A stretch of DNA of 63,575 bases, filler included, from Phoronis australis (Eukaryota; Animalia; Phoronida), in assembly GCA_002633005.1 (NCBI GenBank). It is 9 parts of 9 records of this genome, joined end to end, with 100 filler letters (N's around TTAATTAATTAA, not from the genome) between each part and the next. Parts side by side here need not be neighbours in the genome. Positions count along the whole stretch, not along the records: positions 1 to 9,336 come from NMRA01001348.1; positions 9,437 to 12,271 come from NMRA01003392.1; 7 more parts are not named here. One strand, given 5' to 3'. This document shows, piece by piece, positions 1 through 10,546 of the stretch (its first letter is position 1; every line of letters begins with the position of its first letter). Under the pieces are notes generated by a model that was given only the letters and a program-made list of their open reading frames with translations, made no database searches and was not told the origin of the DNA. The position numbers were made by a program, and so were the translations under genes.

Positions 1-1
1 T

Positions 2-985
2 GAAGCTCTGTCTAAACTTTTACATGTGCGCAATGATGAGTACTTGTATACTTGCCGTTGGACGTGGGAAGGTCATTGGAGAGGAGTTCGCGGACTCAAG
101 TTTGAGAAAACAACCAACTATGGGCTTTTGTCTACGCATCTACTTCCAGGCGGCAGCCAATCGAGTGTACCATCTGGACGGGTAGGAAAGATTCAGCCGA
201 GAGAATTATCAACATCAGGAGAACAAAATGAGAGTGTAACAGAGAGCAAGAGAGAAGATTCACCCACCAGCGCCAGAAACAGTGATACCAATCAAAGTAG
301 TAATGCCATTAATACCTCAGAAATTGATGTTGATGTGCATGGATTAAAAGTTGAGGGTCAGTCTGTCATGTTTCCCCCAGCAGAGATCACAAGAATTGAA
401 CAACAAAGCTGGCAGCTTGTTGATGAAGAAGACTACGATGAAGATGTTGGAGATATCGACAATGAAGACCTTGAAGAGATAAAGCAACAGCAACAAAGTG
501 AGCACAAAGAAGACAACTCACCAGAAAGTCATGATTTAATGGAAAAATCCATGATTGATGTTGACTACTGTGGAATTTGTGATGTTCGACTAAGCCAGTC
601 AACAACACGTCAAGTTAGTATTGAAGAAGAGAATGATGCAGGTGAAAGTATTGATGACACAGTTGCTGATCATGAAAATACCTATGAGTATCACATCCAG
701 TCTGTAGACCATAGGAAAAGAGAAAGACAGTACAAAGAATTTTGTATTGCTGAAAAAGACCATTTGTTGCCTCTCTTGAAAGATGTGGACTTTTTTCTCA
801 GCCAAACTACTAATGAAGACACCATCGATGTCGAGATGCTCAAAAACAGAAAACAGGAATTGGAAAAGGACATTGAAAACTGCAGGAATCTCTGTGCTTG
901 GGATCTAGCTGCAGGTGCCGGACGTTTACTCAGTGAAGCCCTTAGTAGAGCAGCACAGGCTATCCAGTCCCAGGTCAGTCAATAA
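2..985 (+). CDS. TRANK1: 3' terminal coding exon of a TRANK1-like (TPR/ankyrin, UvrD-like helicase) protein; 5' end lies outside the window
   Basis: Frame is open from base 2 to TAA at 983-985. The motifs LLHVRNDEYLYTCRWTW..VRGL, IDVDYCGICDVRL, TYEYHIQSVDHRKRERQYKEF and LCAW occur in the same order as the recalled vertebrate TRANK1 C-terminus (RDDEYLMDCHWRWD..VRGL, DRTQCDLCGVKF, SYEQHIHLEHHQRQQVAYQKY, KAW). Confidence 0.75.
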   Translation, partial: EALSKLLHVRNDEYLYTCRWTWEGHWRGVRGLKFEKTTNYGLLSTHLLPGGSQSSVPSGRVGKIQPRELSTSGEQNESVTESKREDSPTSARNSDTNQSSNAINTSEIDVDVHGLKVEGQSVMFPPAEITRIEQQSWQLVDEEDYDEDVGDIDNEDLEEIKQQQQSEHKEDNSPESHDLMEKSMIDVDYCGICDVRLSQSTTRQVSIEEENDAGESIDDTVADHENTYEYHIQSVDHRKRERQYKEFCIAEKDHLLPLLKDVDFFLSQTTNEDTIDVEMLKNRKQELEKDIENCRNLCAWDLAAGAGRLLSEALSRAAQAIQSQVSQ

Positions 986-2444
986 TTTCCATGTGATTTA
1001 AACTTAATCAATCTTTTCCATAGCTTTATTTTTTCTGTCACAGCAAAAAGACTGATGAGAACTAGATTTTGCTTTTTTAGCTATTGAAAATTCCTACTTT
1101 GAAGGATCCTGTAATGGTTGCAACCTTTATGCTGTTCACAAAAACATGGATTTATTATTTAATCAAATACCACGTACGCTACTAACAGTCTGGTCACAAA
1201 TACTTTCTTGATTAGACGGTAAGACCGTCAAAAAAAAAATTAAGAGAAAACATCTGCAAGTGGAATAATTTAGCCATGCTTAGGTAGAATTTGGTGAGAA
1301 ATAATGCACCATGTGTATGTGAAGCAAGCTGGCCGTCAGAGGAATTAAGTGTTTAACTGAATTTGAGTTAATCCAGAGCAGTGTGATTTCAACTGCACGT
1401 GATTGAGTACCGATTAAAGCATCTTGCTCAGTCAGTAGACCTTATAATCCTAACCAATCACTGATCTAGTTGTGTGTGTTTTAACCTTGAAACACATAAA
1501 TTACCCATGGGGAAACTAGGGTGCAAGCTCATCCCATAGATTGCCTAGATATATACATATCTATTGTTCACTTTGTTTTTCTTTCTTAACCATTTATCAA
1601 TAACTGGGTGATGGGTGCCCAAGGTACAATATCTGTTTGACCTGAATTGTTATATCCAACAAAGACGCAACAAAGGAAAACAATGGTAGTGTCCCATAGG
1701 CAATGACCATGGGAGGGGAGGCGCTTTACCCGGTCAAACAATAGCTTGCGAAATCCATACATCATTTGGCAAGGGAAGGCTAGCTGGACCTCTGAAACCC
1801 AGCACAAAATAGCTAGGGAATTTTCATTTGTTAATCTAATTTGAGGCTTGGATGGGTTAACTAGTTTGAATGAATGATGGCAGAGGGTTTGGCAGTGTCT
1901 TACCCCCCATTGGCCTTTTGAAATTGACATGCAAGGTCAGTGAAAGTGGTTCTATGTGAACCCTGCTTGTGGTCATACAACTGTCCTGCTGGCTTGTGAA
2001 AGTACAACAGTTTAACAAAGCTAGGCTTTATGGTCCTGGCTGAGATTGATTGTTTAGTTACCCCATGTGGGTGTAAACCCCCTTCCCCGAATACAGTGAA
2101 AAATTAATCAGCACTAGCATTAATTAATATGAGTCTAGTTGGTTTAATTGGTACAGATATTGGAATTCTAACAATGAATAAAAATTCTCATTTTGCACAA
2201 AAATATTTGAATGCCAAAATTTTAATTTTTTTTCATTTTTCAAAGGCTGATTATTTTTACTGCAAATTATGGAAAATTTACCAAAATATGTTGTATGATA
2301 TCTACACAATATAAGCCATGCTAGTAATGGGCTAAAATTTTATGCATCTATTTTTGTTGAGAAATTTGAATATTTGGCAAATTCCCACACACAGCGTATG
2401 ATGAATGAATGAATTTGAAATCCATAGAGCTGCTGTGGTAGCCT

Positions 2445-5400
2445 CCCATACGAAAAAGTACACTGGACTTTCAGTTGGGACAGGAATTGAAATTCAATTG
2501 AGGTTCAATTGAGATTCAATTGAAATTCAATTGAAGTTTTTGCCATGTAAATGAATTGATTCAATTCATTAGCATATTCAATAGCCATTCAATAGGAATT
2601 CAATAGCCATTCAATTCTCCATGCAGTACAGGATCATCCCATATTCAATAACCATTCAATAGCCATTCAATAGCNATTGAAATTCAATTGAAGTTTTTCC
2701 CATGTAAATGAATTGATTCAATTCATTAGCATATTCAATAGCCATTCAATAGGAATTCAATAGCCGTTCAATAGCCATTCAATTCTCCATGCAGTACAGG
2801 ATCATCCCATATTCAATAACTGTTCAATAGCCATTCAATAGCCGTTCAATGGCCATTCAATAGCCGTTCAATGGCCATTCAATTTTTCTAACTATACAGA
2901 ATATTTTGAATTTCAAGTATTTTCTATAATAAATTAACTCTTTCAAAAATAGGATGTATTGTTGTTAACCTGTTCAAGAGATAAGAATAGTTCACAATCT
3001 TCATTCAACAACCTGGCATGCACGAATAAAATCAAATCATAGACAACTGAACATTTCGAAACCTTAAATCAAAACTTGCACAAGTATTACAATTATCATA
3101 CAGCATCAGTCAAAGAAAAACAAAAACAGAGCCTTAGGCATTTGAATACGGTAGCAGCCTTTGTAAACATTTTGAAGAATCTAATGTTAACTAATTGTTC
3201 ATTGTTTTTTCAACATTTGTATGCTGAGCCTCGTACATGAAATAATCATATGACACTATGAACTTAGTTGAACACATCCTTACATTGAAGGGTAAATGAG
3301 TAGTTTATATCAAGTTAGTTAAATAAATGTAGGCGATAAGATAAAAAATAATAATTTCAGGCATACAAAGCTATAGCAGCAAAATATTAGTTGTCTGAAA
3401 AGCACGGTCCACATGTGATACCAAATCTTTAAATGTCAGCATTGTACAGCCTTTCATGGTCTCTGCATAACTCTGGAGTCCGCACTTTTCAGAGTACTGA
3501 GACTTTATATAATCCATTAATTTGAGGTATCTGTCCACAACAGGAACTGATGACCGCGGCACAGTGTTGGTGGGTCAGTGGGCATTAGCTCCCAAGAGTT
3601 ATAGTCTTTCACTTTATCATGCATGTTTTCAAAGTCTTCTTCTGTTCTACAAAAGTTGAAAAATATCCAGTTAGAGGGTATCAAATAAAGTATTAAGTAA
3701 ATTTGAATTATGTATTGAGCTTGTCGCTAAGGAAATTCATGAAGGCTTTCTTAGTTAATTAGCCATAGTCTTTAGAAAATTTAATATGCTTTTGACTAAG
3801 AGCATTAATAAAGGGGTTATTTGCTACACTAATGGAAACTCATAGCTAGAAGTTTGATTTTTAGTCCTATGAGCAGAACAGTTAATTAAACCATACTGCA
3901 GAGACACTACATGTACGCCCATACCAAAAAAAGCCTTCCTGCAAACACTTGCCGCAAGCTTGCCGCAAAGTTGCGGCAAGCTTGCTGCAAAAGTTTCTGC
4001 AAACCAGCCGCAAACATGAAGAATCAACTCTGAACAAAGAGTGGATGCAAATTTCCTGCAACCCAGCCGCAAACATTGCCGCAAGCTTGCGGCATGCTTG
4101 CCGCAAACATGCAGCAAACTTTTACCATGCAAATGAAGTTTGCCGCAAGCTTGCAGCAAACATCTCTATGTCCTTATATGGAACAGTTCCTGCAACCCAG
4201 CCGCACACATTGCTGCAAGCTTGCCGCAAACATCTCTATGGATATGGAACAGTTCCTGCAACCCAGCCGCACACATTGCTGCAAGCTTGCCGCAAACATC
4301 TTCATGGGGTTATATAGAAGTTTCTGCGAACCACCAGAAAAAATATTGGATGCAAGACTACAACATACTTGAATTGTGGCATGAATAATTTAATGTAGAA
4401 ATGCCAGCTGACAAATACATAATTTTTATTGCATGCCCGCTTGTTAAAGCAAGAAAATACACAATCAGCTGCACACTGGATTTAACATGATAATTTTCAA
4501 TCTGATGTATAATGACTAGAAATTAAAACAAAATCACATGACAATGAATAACAGAAACTATAAAAGTGTCTACAGTGTCAATTAGTAATAATACTTGTAT
4601 TACAATCAAAATTGTGTCTTGAGAGAACAACTTGAATGTATGCCAAGCTTTAATTACAATATACCGAGATGTTTTATTCTTAACGCACGACAAAATCTAT
4701 AATAATTGCAACAACGATATTATTTACTTGACTAAACTAACAACAGCAACACATAGCGTTGAAATGCACCCAACGGGGTGTTTATTAGCATTGAAAATGG
4801 CGCAAAATATGTCGAATGCCAGTGGAGAAAACCATGAAATCTGACTTTCCCCCGTGGAAAGGCATGCTTAGAACAGCATGTCGAGCATATTTAAGCATTT
4901 TATTTTAAATTACCTCATTACTTGCCAACTGAAAAAAATCACTCTTAACAATTATAAACATATTTATTTTTCCCATGTTCATCTAAAATACTTGAAAACT
5001 GTCGAATACTTCATCGATTACTATTTTTGCTTCCCAAATATGGTTTCATGATACATCAGTCTACTGAATGGGCTATCATTGAACTTGTAGGCCTATGTTG
5101 AAATTTGCAATATTTCGACTATAGCGATATCATCCAAACATCATTCATTTATCTAAGGCATCAACCTTAAATTATACCTTTCTATTCTACAATATTACCA
5201 TGGTGTTGAAAAGAACAACTACAGAGGTTATACTCCAGTTACTACCATACTAGTGGACGTTCTAAACACATTCTACTCCAGACTAATCTGCATTACAGCA
5301 ATCGGAGGTGTTCCATAGGGTTCATATGGGATGATCGCTAGTGTTTTCATCCATGTTTGTTCGACCCAACCTTGAGATGCTGTGTACGCCATATTTGTTC

Positions 5401-8400
5401 CGGTGTTTTCAACTCAAACTTGTTGCCTCGTAACCTCTGCAGTGTCTCTGGCTTTCATCAAGTACATTATGTCACTCAATATTCACAAACCTAAAATATG
5501 AATGCCATTTAACTTTCCACAAAAAGGCATTTGTGATAGCATTATTAGAATCTCCATTACGTTTTAAGTCGAACTTTTGCTCTTCTGCTCATGTATGAAC
5601 AGACAGTTAAACTCGTGTTCAATAGTTTGACTGCAGACTGACGTATGACTGAAGGTGATGGCAGTTAAAACACCTACCAGTATAGTTAAATATACAACAT
5701 CCTAATCTTATTTTGTGCCCAATAATTACCATGCATTTAACCAAAATAAAAATTTGTTGTTCCTATTGTGAATCAAACAGTCAGAGAGCGATGTGAAAAT
5801 TGACACAAACTTAAGTTTTACAGTCTCAATTAAGTGATTATTTTGAAGGACTGGTTACATGTAACTTGACAATGTTTTGGAAACTAGTTGATTCTGGTCT
5901 CAACCCCAGTTAACTCATTTGAAATCTGTGCTGTACTTTTCCCTAACCATTATAACCTCCAATTTGGCTGAATCAGTAAGAAAATCAACTTCCTTTTGTT
6001 TGTAAGACCAAAACTACTGATTCATGAATGAAGTCTAAGTAATTTTACTTAACAATCACATCAATATAAATACAATTTTAAATTCAAAACTCACATCCAT
6101 ACAGTTCTTCAGTTATCCATGTAGAGTCTAGGCTGTACCAAAACCGTTTGAATTTGGTTCAAATGAAAGCTTATAGGTCACTTCCCAGGCATGTAACCTT
6201 GACAACCACATGCTTTCCTTGATAACAGTCCCACCAGATCAACATGTGGCTGGGCTAGCATAATTTAAATAAACAATCAACAGCCCTAGAGGCATTAAAC
6301 ATTAATGTATTTCAAGAGGCATTCCTTGAAAACTGTCCTAGCAGTTCAACATGTAGGTGGGCTAGTATGATTAAACTGAATAATAACCCTAGAAGCATAA
6401 AACAATAATATAAGGACACTAGTGAAATTGAATTTCTTATTTTTTCATAAATAATGTGGCAGTACCACAAGAATCCCGAGTCATATCCAAGTCCGTACCA
6501 TAGCTGCTGAATGACAATATTTTGAAAAATTATGAGTCTTCACAACAATGCTAAATGTCCTTGAAAAATCAAAGTGAGTAATTTTTGGCAATTATTTTTG
6601 TCCGAAATAGAAAAAAATTTACTGTAGCTACAGACTGGCAGCTACCACCTGATTATGAGATAATTTCAAATGTTGGAAAAGTACAAATTGCTCTAAATGC
6701 TAATACTTGCACATTTGGTAAAACTGGATCATATATTTGTGTATGGTTTGTATTGATATTTATTGTGCTTGTTTACACAACATGCAGGTAACACTGCCTT
6801 TGTTCTTTTAAAGCAATTGCATTTAATATTTTGCTGTACTGACTTTGACAGCTGTATGAAAGGAAAATGAAAACTTGTTAACTATAGTGACTGAATAAAA
6901 AACAAAGAACATACAGATGCAGTTATCTTCTCTAGTGTTTTAAGTCGTATTTGGTCATCTTTGAGCATTTGCTGTTTTTGACAATGTAACTTACCCAACA
7001 ATAGGTCACATTTAGGTAAGTAATCTAAAATAAGTAACTGCCCTGCTTAGCTTCTGGGATTTGAGGTTTCTTTGAAATTTAGAAAATAAAAAACAATCTC
7101 ACAATTTCTAACATTGTCACAATATTAATGCTAACACTTTAAACATTGAAGTTTACGGCAAATTTTGTGCAAGCACTTTTTCACCTATTCTTGACAACAC
7201 TTTTCACCAATAAAGTTTCCTGCAACTTTCCCGCAAACACTTTTTCACCAATAAAGTTTCCTGCAACTTTCCCGCAAACACTTTTCAACAATAAAGTTTC
7301 CACTTTTTCAATCACCAAGTTTGCCGCAACATTCCTGCAAACTTCAGTGTTTGCAGCAAGGTTGCGGCAATGTGTGCGGCTGAGTTTCGGGTAGCGGCAA
7401 ACTCCTGCAAACTTTGCGGCTGGTTTGCTGCAAACAAAATTGTTTGCCGCAAGCTTGCGGCATGTTTGCTGCAAGCTTGCGGCAAACATGGTCTTTTGGT
7501 ATGGGCGGGTAGATGACTGGTGGCAATGACAAACCTCTAATATCTGATACATCTCTTACTTAGTGCCTATAGCTCAATTATTTAGTTTCAGTTCATGTAA
7601 CGAAAATAAAAATTTACTTTCCTCTCATTGCTCTGATGTGAGAATTTTAACACAGAATCATAACGTGTTTCTAAGTCTCAAGTAATTAAAGTAAATGAAA
7701 CATGTTAGGTCAAAACACGATTAACTAACACTTGTCTTGGCAACTACATGCACATGCAGGTTTTGGTCTGTAACCCAACTCATTTTGAAATCTGTGCTGT
7801 ATACTACTTAACTTCCATAACCTTCATCAATTGAATCAGTTAAAAAAACTTCCTTTTTGTTTGTAAGACTAAAGCTACTCATTCATAAGTGAAACATAAA
7901 TGTCACTTAACAATCAAATTGACAAAAATACAATGTTGAAATCAAAAACTCACCATTTAATGTATGCAGTTCTTCACTATCCATGCAGAGTTTATGCTGG
8001 ACCAAAACCGTTTGAGAGGGTTTGAAAATCTTAAAGGTCACTTTCCAGGGATGTAACCTTGACAACCAATTGGTAACACATGTTTAAAATAAACATTGCT
8101 GGTAACTTGTTAAATCAAACCATCCAGAAATTCCCCAAGTCCTCAAATTCAATAACTATTCAATTCCGAACAGCAAAATTTTCTAAGTCCTGGAATTCAA
8201 TAGCCATTCAATACAGAACAGCTAAAACTTTTCTAAGTGCAGAAATTCAATAGCTGTTCAATAACCGTTCAATAGTCATTCAATTGACGGCAAGGGAAGT
8301 GCCAATTGAATTTTCATTCAATTGACATATTCAATAGAACTTCAATTTTCTATTGAAATTCAATTGAATCTCAATTGAAACTCAACTTTTCCTTTTCGTA

Positions 8401-8404
8401 TGGG
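2445..8404. mobile_element. Non-autonomous TIR DNA transposon (outer element), CMC/EnSpm(CACTA)-like
   Basis: Termini CCCATACGAAAA (2445) and TTTTCGTATGGG (ends 8404). 2-bp TSD CT at 2443-44 and 8405-06. Subterminal arrays of TTCAATTGAA/ATTCAATAGCC at ~2485-2885 and ~8145-8385. No intact transposase. Confidence 0.85.
3918..7505. mobile_element. Non-autonomous TIR DNA transposon nested inside the outer element, CMC/EnSpm-like
   Basis: Termini CCCATACCAAAA (3918) and TTTTGGTATGGG (ends 7505). 2-bp TSD CG at 3916-17 and 7506-07. Subterminal arrays of GCCGCAAGCTTGC/GCAAAC at ~3935-4330 and ~7150-7490. Confidence 0.87.
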
Positions 8405-9829
8405 CTAGCTTTTTTCCTGCCAAATTACTGCAGTTTTGCTGCAGTGTTGACTGCGGTCAACCGGGAGAATCTGTTAGCTCTCTGTGGACCTTTGCCAATC
8501 AACGTCCATTAGAAGTCTGGCACACAATTGGTATCAGTAGAGAGGTGGTTAGGATCTACATAGGAATGTTAGTATGTGACGTTCATAAACCGAAACCTGC
8601 CAAATGCACTCTAGCTTGCAAACCACAACATTATGAAGATGAGCTAGTCTGTGCGCAAGCAGTGGCAGCTAATAAAACTTCACAACAACCACTTTATAAA
8701 CCTTGGAAGATATTTCCAAATTCAGTACTATCTTAAAAAATAAGTTAGAAATAATATTTAATCAAAAAGTTAATTAAACCCACAGTCAGTAGTTTTCTTT
8801 TGTTGATGTGATGAGTTAGCGTGGTTTCTGGTCACGGTTCAAGTAAGATCAATCTTGTTTTCGTGCTCTTGCAGATGCTGGGAAAGGCGTGGTTTGTGTT
8901 GTTTATCTAGGCGTTAAAACTGTAAAGCCATGAGAGAATAACTAAAATCATTTATAATAGATAACCTTTTTAACTGCTTTTAATGTTCATATATTTTCTA
9001 ATCATTAATTTCAGCTGAGGACTTAAATATGTGTGATTTGGCAATTTATGGATGAGTGATATTAGTCTGTGCCAAGTAAATGCCTAGGGCGATGTTGTTC
9101 GTGCTATATTACATAATTGCAGGGAGATTAACCCCAGATTTCAGATTTTGCTCTTATATTTTTACAAAATGATAAAGAGGTTCTATTTTATGTATCATTA
9201 GTGTTGACTGGTGTTTCTGTTTAAAAAAAATCTTTTAATTTAAGTAGTACTGCGGTAACTGTCTCATAATTTTAGATGTAGATCTTACCAATACGTAATT
9301 TTTTCACTGTTAAAGTCAGAGGCGGATCTACGGGGGNNNNNNNNNNNNNNNNNNNNNNNNNNNNNNNNNNNNNNNNNNNNTTAATTAATTAANNNNNNNN
9401 NNNNNNNNNNNNNNNNNNNNNNNNNNNNNNNNNNNNAATTTATCACTCTTTTAATTGGTAATTATTTAAATTTCAGAAATTCTGTCAAACTGCTGCACAT
9501 TGGCACTTTTCAAACAGCAGTCGTTAGTTCACTAAGTCGACGCATGTCAGCGCCACCATCGGCTACGTTGAAGTTCAATGGCATCGCCGCAAGTTCACCG
9601 TTCGAAATAAAGTTGTTACACAGTTTTTGTTGCGTAAATGATGAAATCCTTTATGTTAAGAGTGATTTGTTTTCCCAAATGGTCTTTTGTCTACTTTCTG
9701 ATGTTTTTGCCATGATACGATCTAATAGTACATGGGTGGCACCCAGCACTGAAAAAAGTGGGGGAGCTATAGCCTCCCCCAGCCCCCTGTCACTGTCAGG
9801 CAATGATGTGTTGCCCATGTAGTAGTATT

Positions 9830-9980
9830 CAGGGGCAGATCTAGGATTTGGGGGGGGGCAGGGCAGAATATTAGGCAGGATTTTATCCGTAAGATATTTG
9901 CACCCTCAAACTGCCAAGAAATATGGGAGTTTTAGGTGGGCCACGGGCCAGGCCCCCTTGCCCCCCCAAATCCACCAATG
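9830..9980. mobile_element. Short MITE, CAGGGGCGGAT...ATCCGCCACTG type (hAT-like termini)
   Basis: Imperfect TIRs CAGGGGCAGATCT / AAATCCACCAATG. The body is homologous to 62141-62293. Related termini occur at ~9317, ~11730-11742 and ~14375. Confidence 0.6.
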
Positions 9981-10465
9981 TGAGATCTTGTGATTTGATG
10001 TGAAATTTCCTCCTAGCTCAGATGTATTTATTTCTGAGCTGATGTGGTGTCTTTGCTCTTTACCTTTTAAGCTGTGTAATCCATTGTTTTCATCAAACAT
10101 GATGAGCCTGTTCTATATGCTATAACAACACACTTAAACAGCAATATCTCNCACACTTAAACAGCAATATCTCTGTAGAAATCGATCCAAATTTCATATA
10201 ATACACGCCACCATGTTTGTCTCAATTAGACGAATCTTTTTATATGCAGCACATGTATATTCTTTTATTTTTTACGAAATTATGTAAAAAGGCAGATATT
10301 TTACGCATAATCGTCGCGTTTCAATGGTCATTTTCTCGTCAACCGCTCATCCAATTTTTCTGATTTTTGCACCATTTCATTTCTCACACCAAGGGCTTTT
10401 CAAAAATGTATGACACATGGATATTTTAAAAAAAATTAAAAATAAAACGTTGTCCTCCCTACCTA

Positions 10466-10546
10466 AGGCGTCCGTAGCTTCCGATTACCCCCAATACACT
10501 AATACACATAGTGTATTGGGGACCGTCAGAAGCGACATGAGCCTGA
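10466..10546. repeat. Small foldback/hairpin element
   Basis: Perfect stem CCCCAATACACTA / TAGTGTATTGGGG with a 7-nt loop, extended by imperfect GCTTC/GAAGC and AGGC/GCCT arms. Confidence 0.55.

Noticed and set aside
2485-2885. Repeat-spacer-like pattern resembling a CRISPR array
   Set aside because: Irregular short motifs without unique constant-length spacers, in a eukaryotic context with no cas genes. Explained as a transposon subterminal array, partly duplicated around the n at 2675.
3824-4388. Overlapping ORFs rich in QACRKLAA words (also 7146-7552)
   Set aside because: By-products of the stop-poor GCAAGCTTGC subterminal repeats.
9381-9392. TTAATTAATTAA centred in N runs (also ~12316, 14615, 35164, 39871, 42484, 59380, 62085)
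   Set aside because: Artificial contig spacer with stops in all frames; not biological.
10129-10173. 22-bp direct repeat around a single n
   Set aside because: Contig-overlap artefact.
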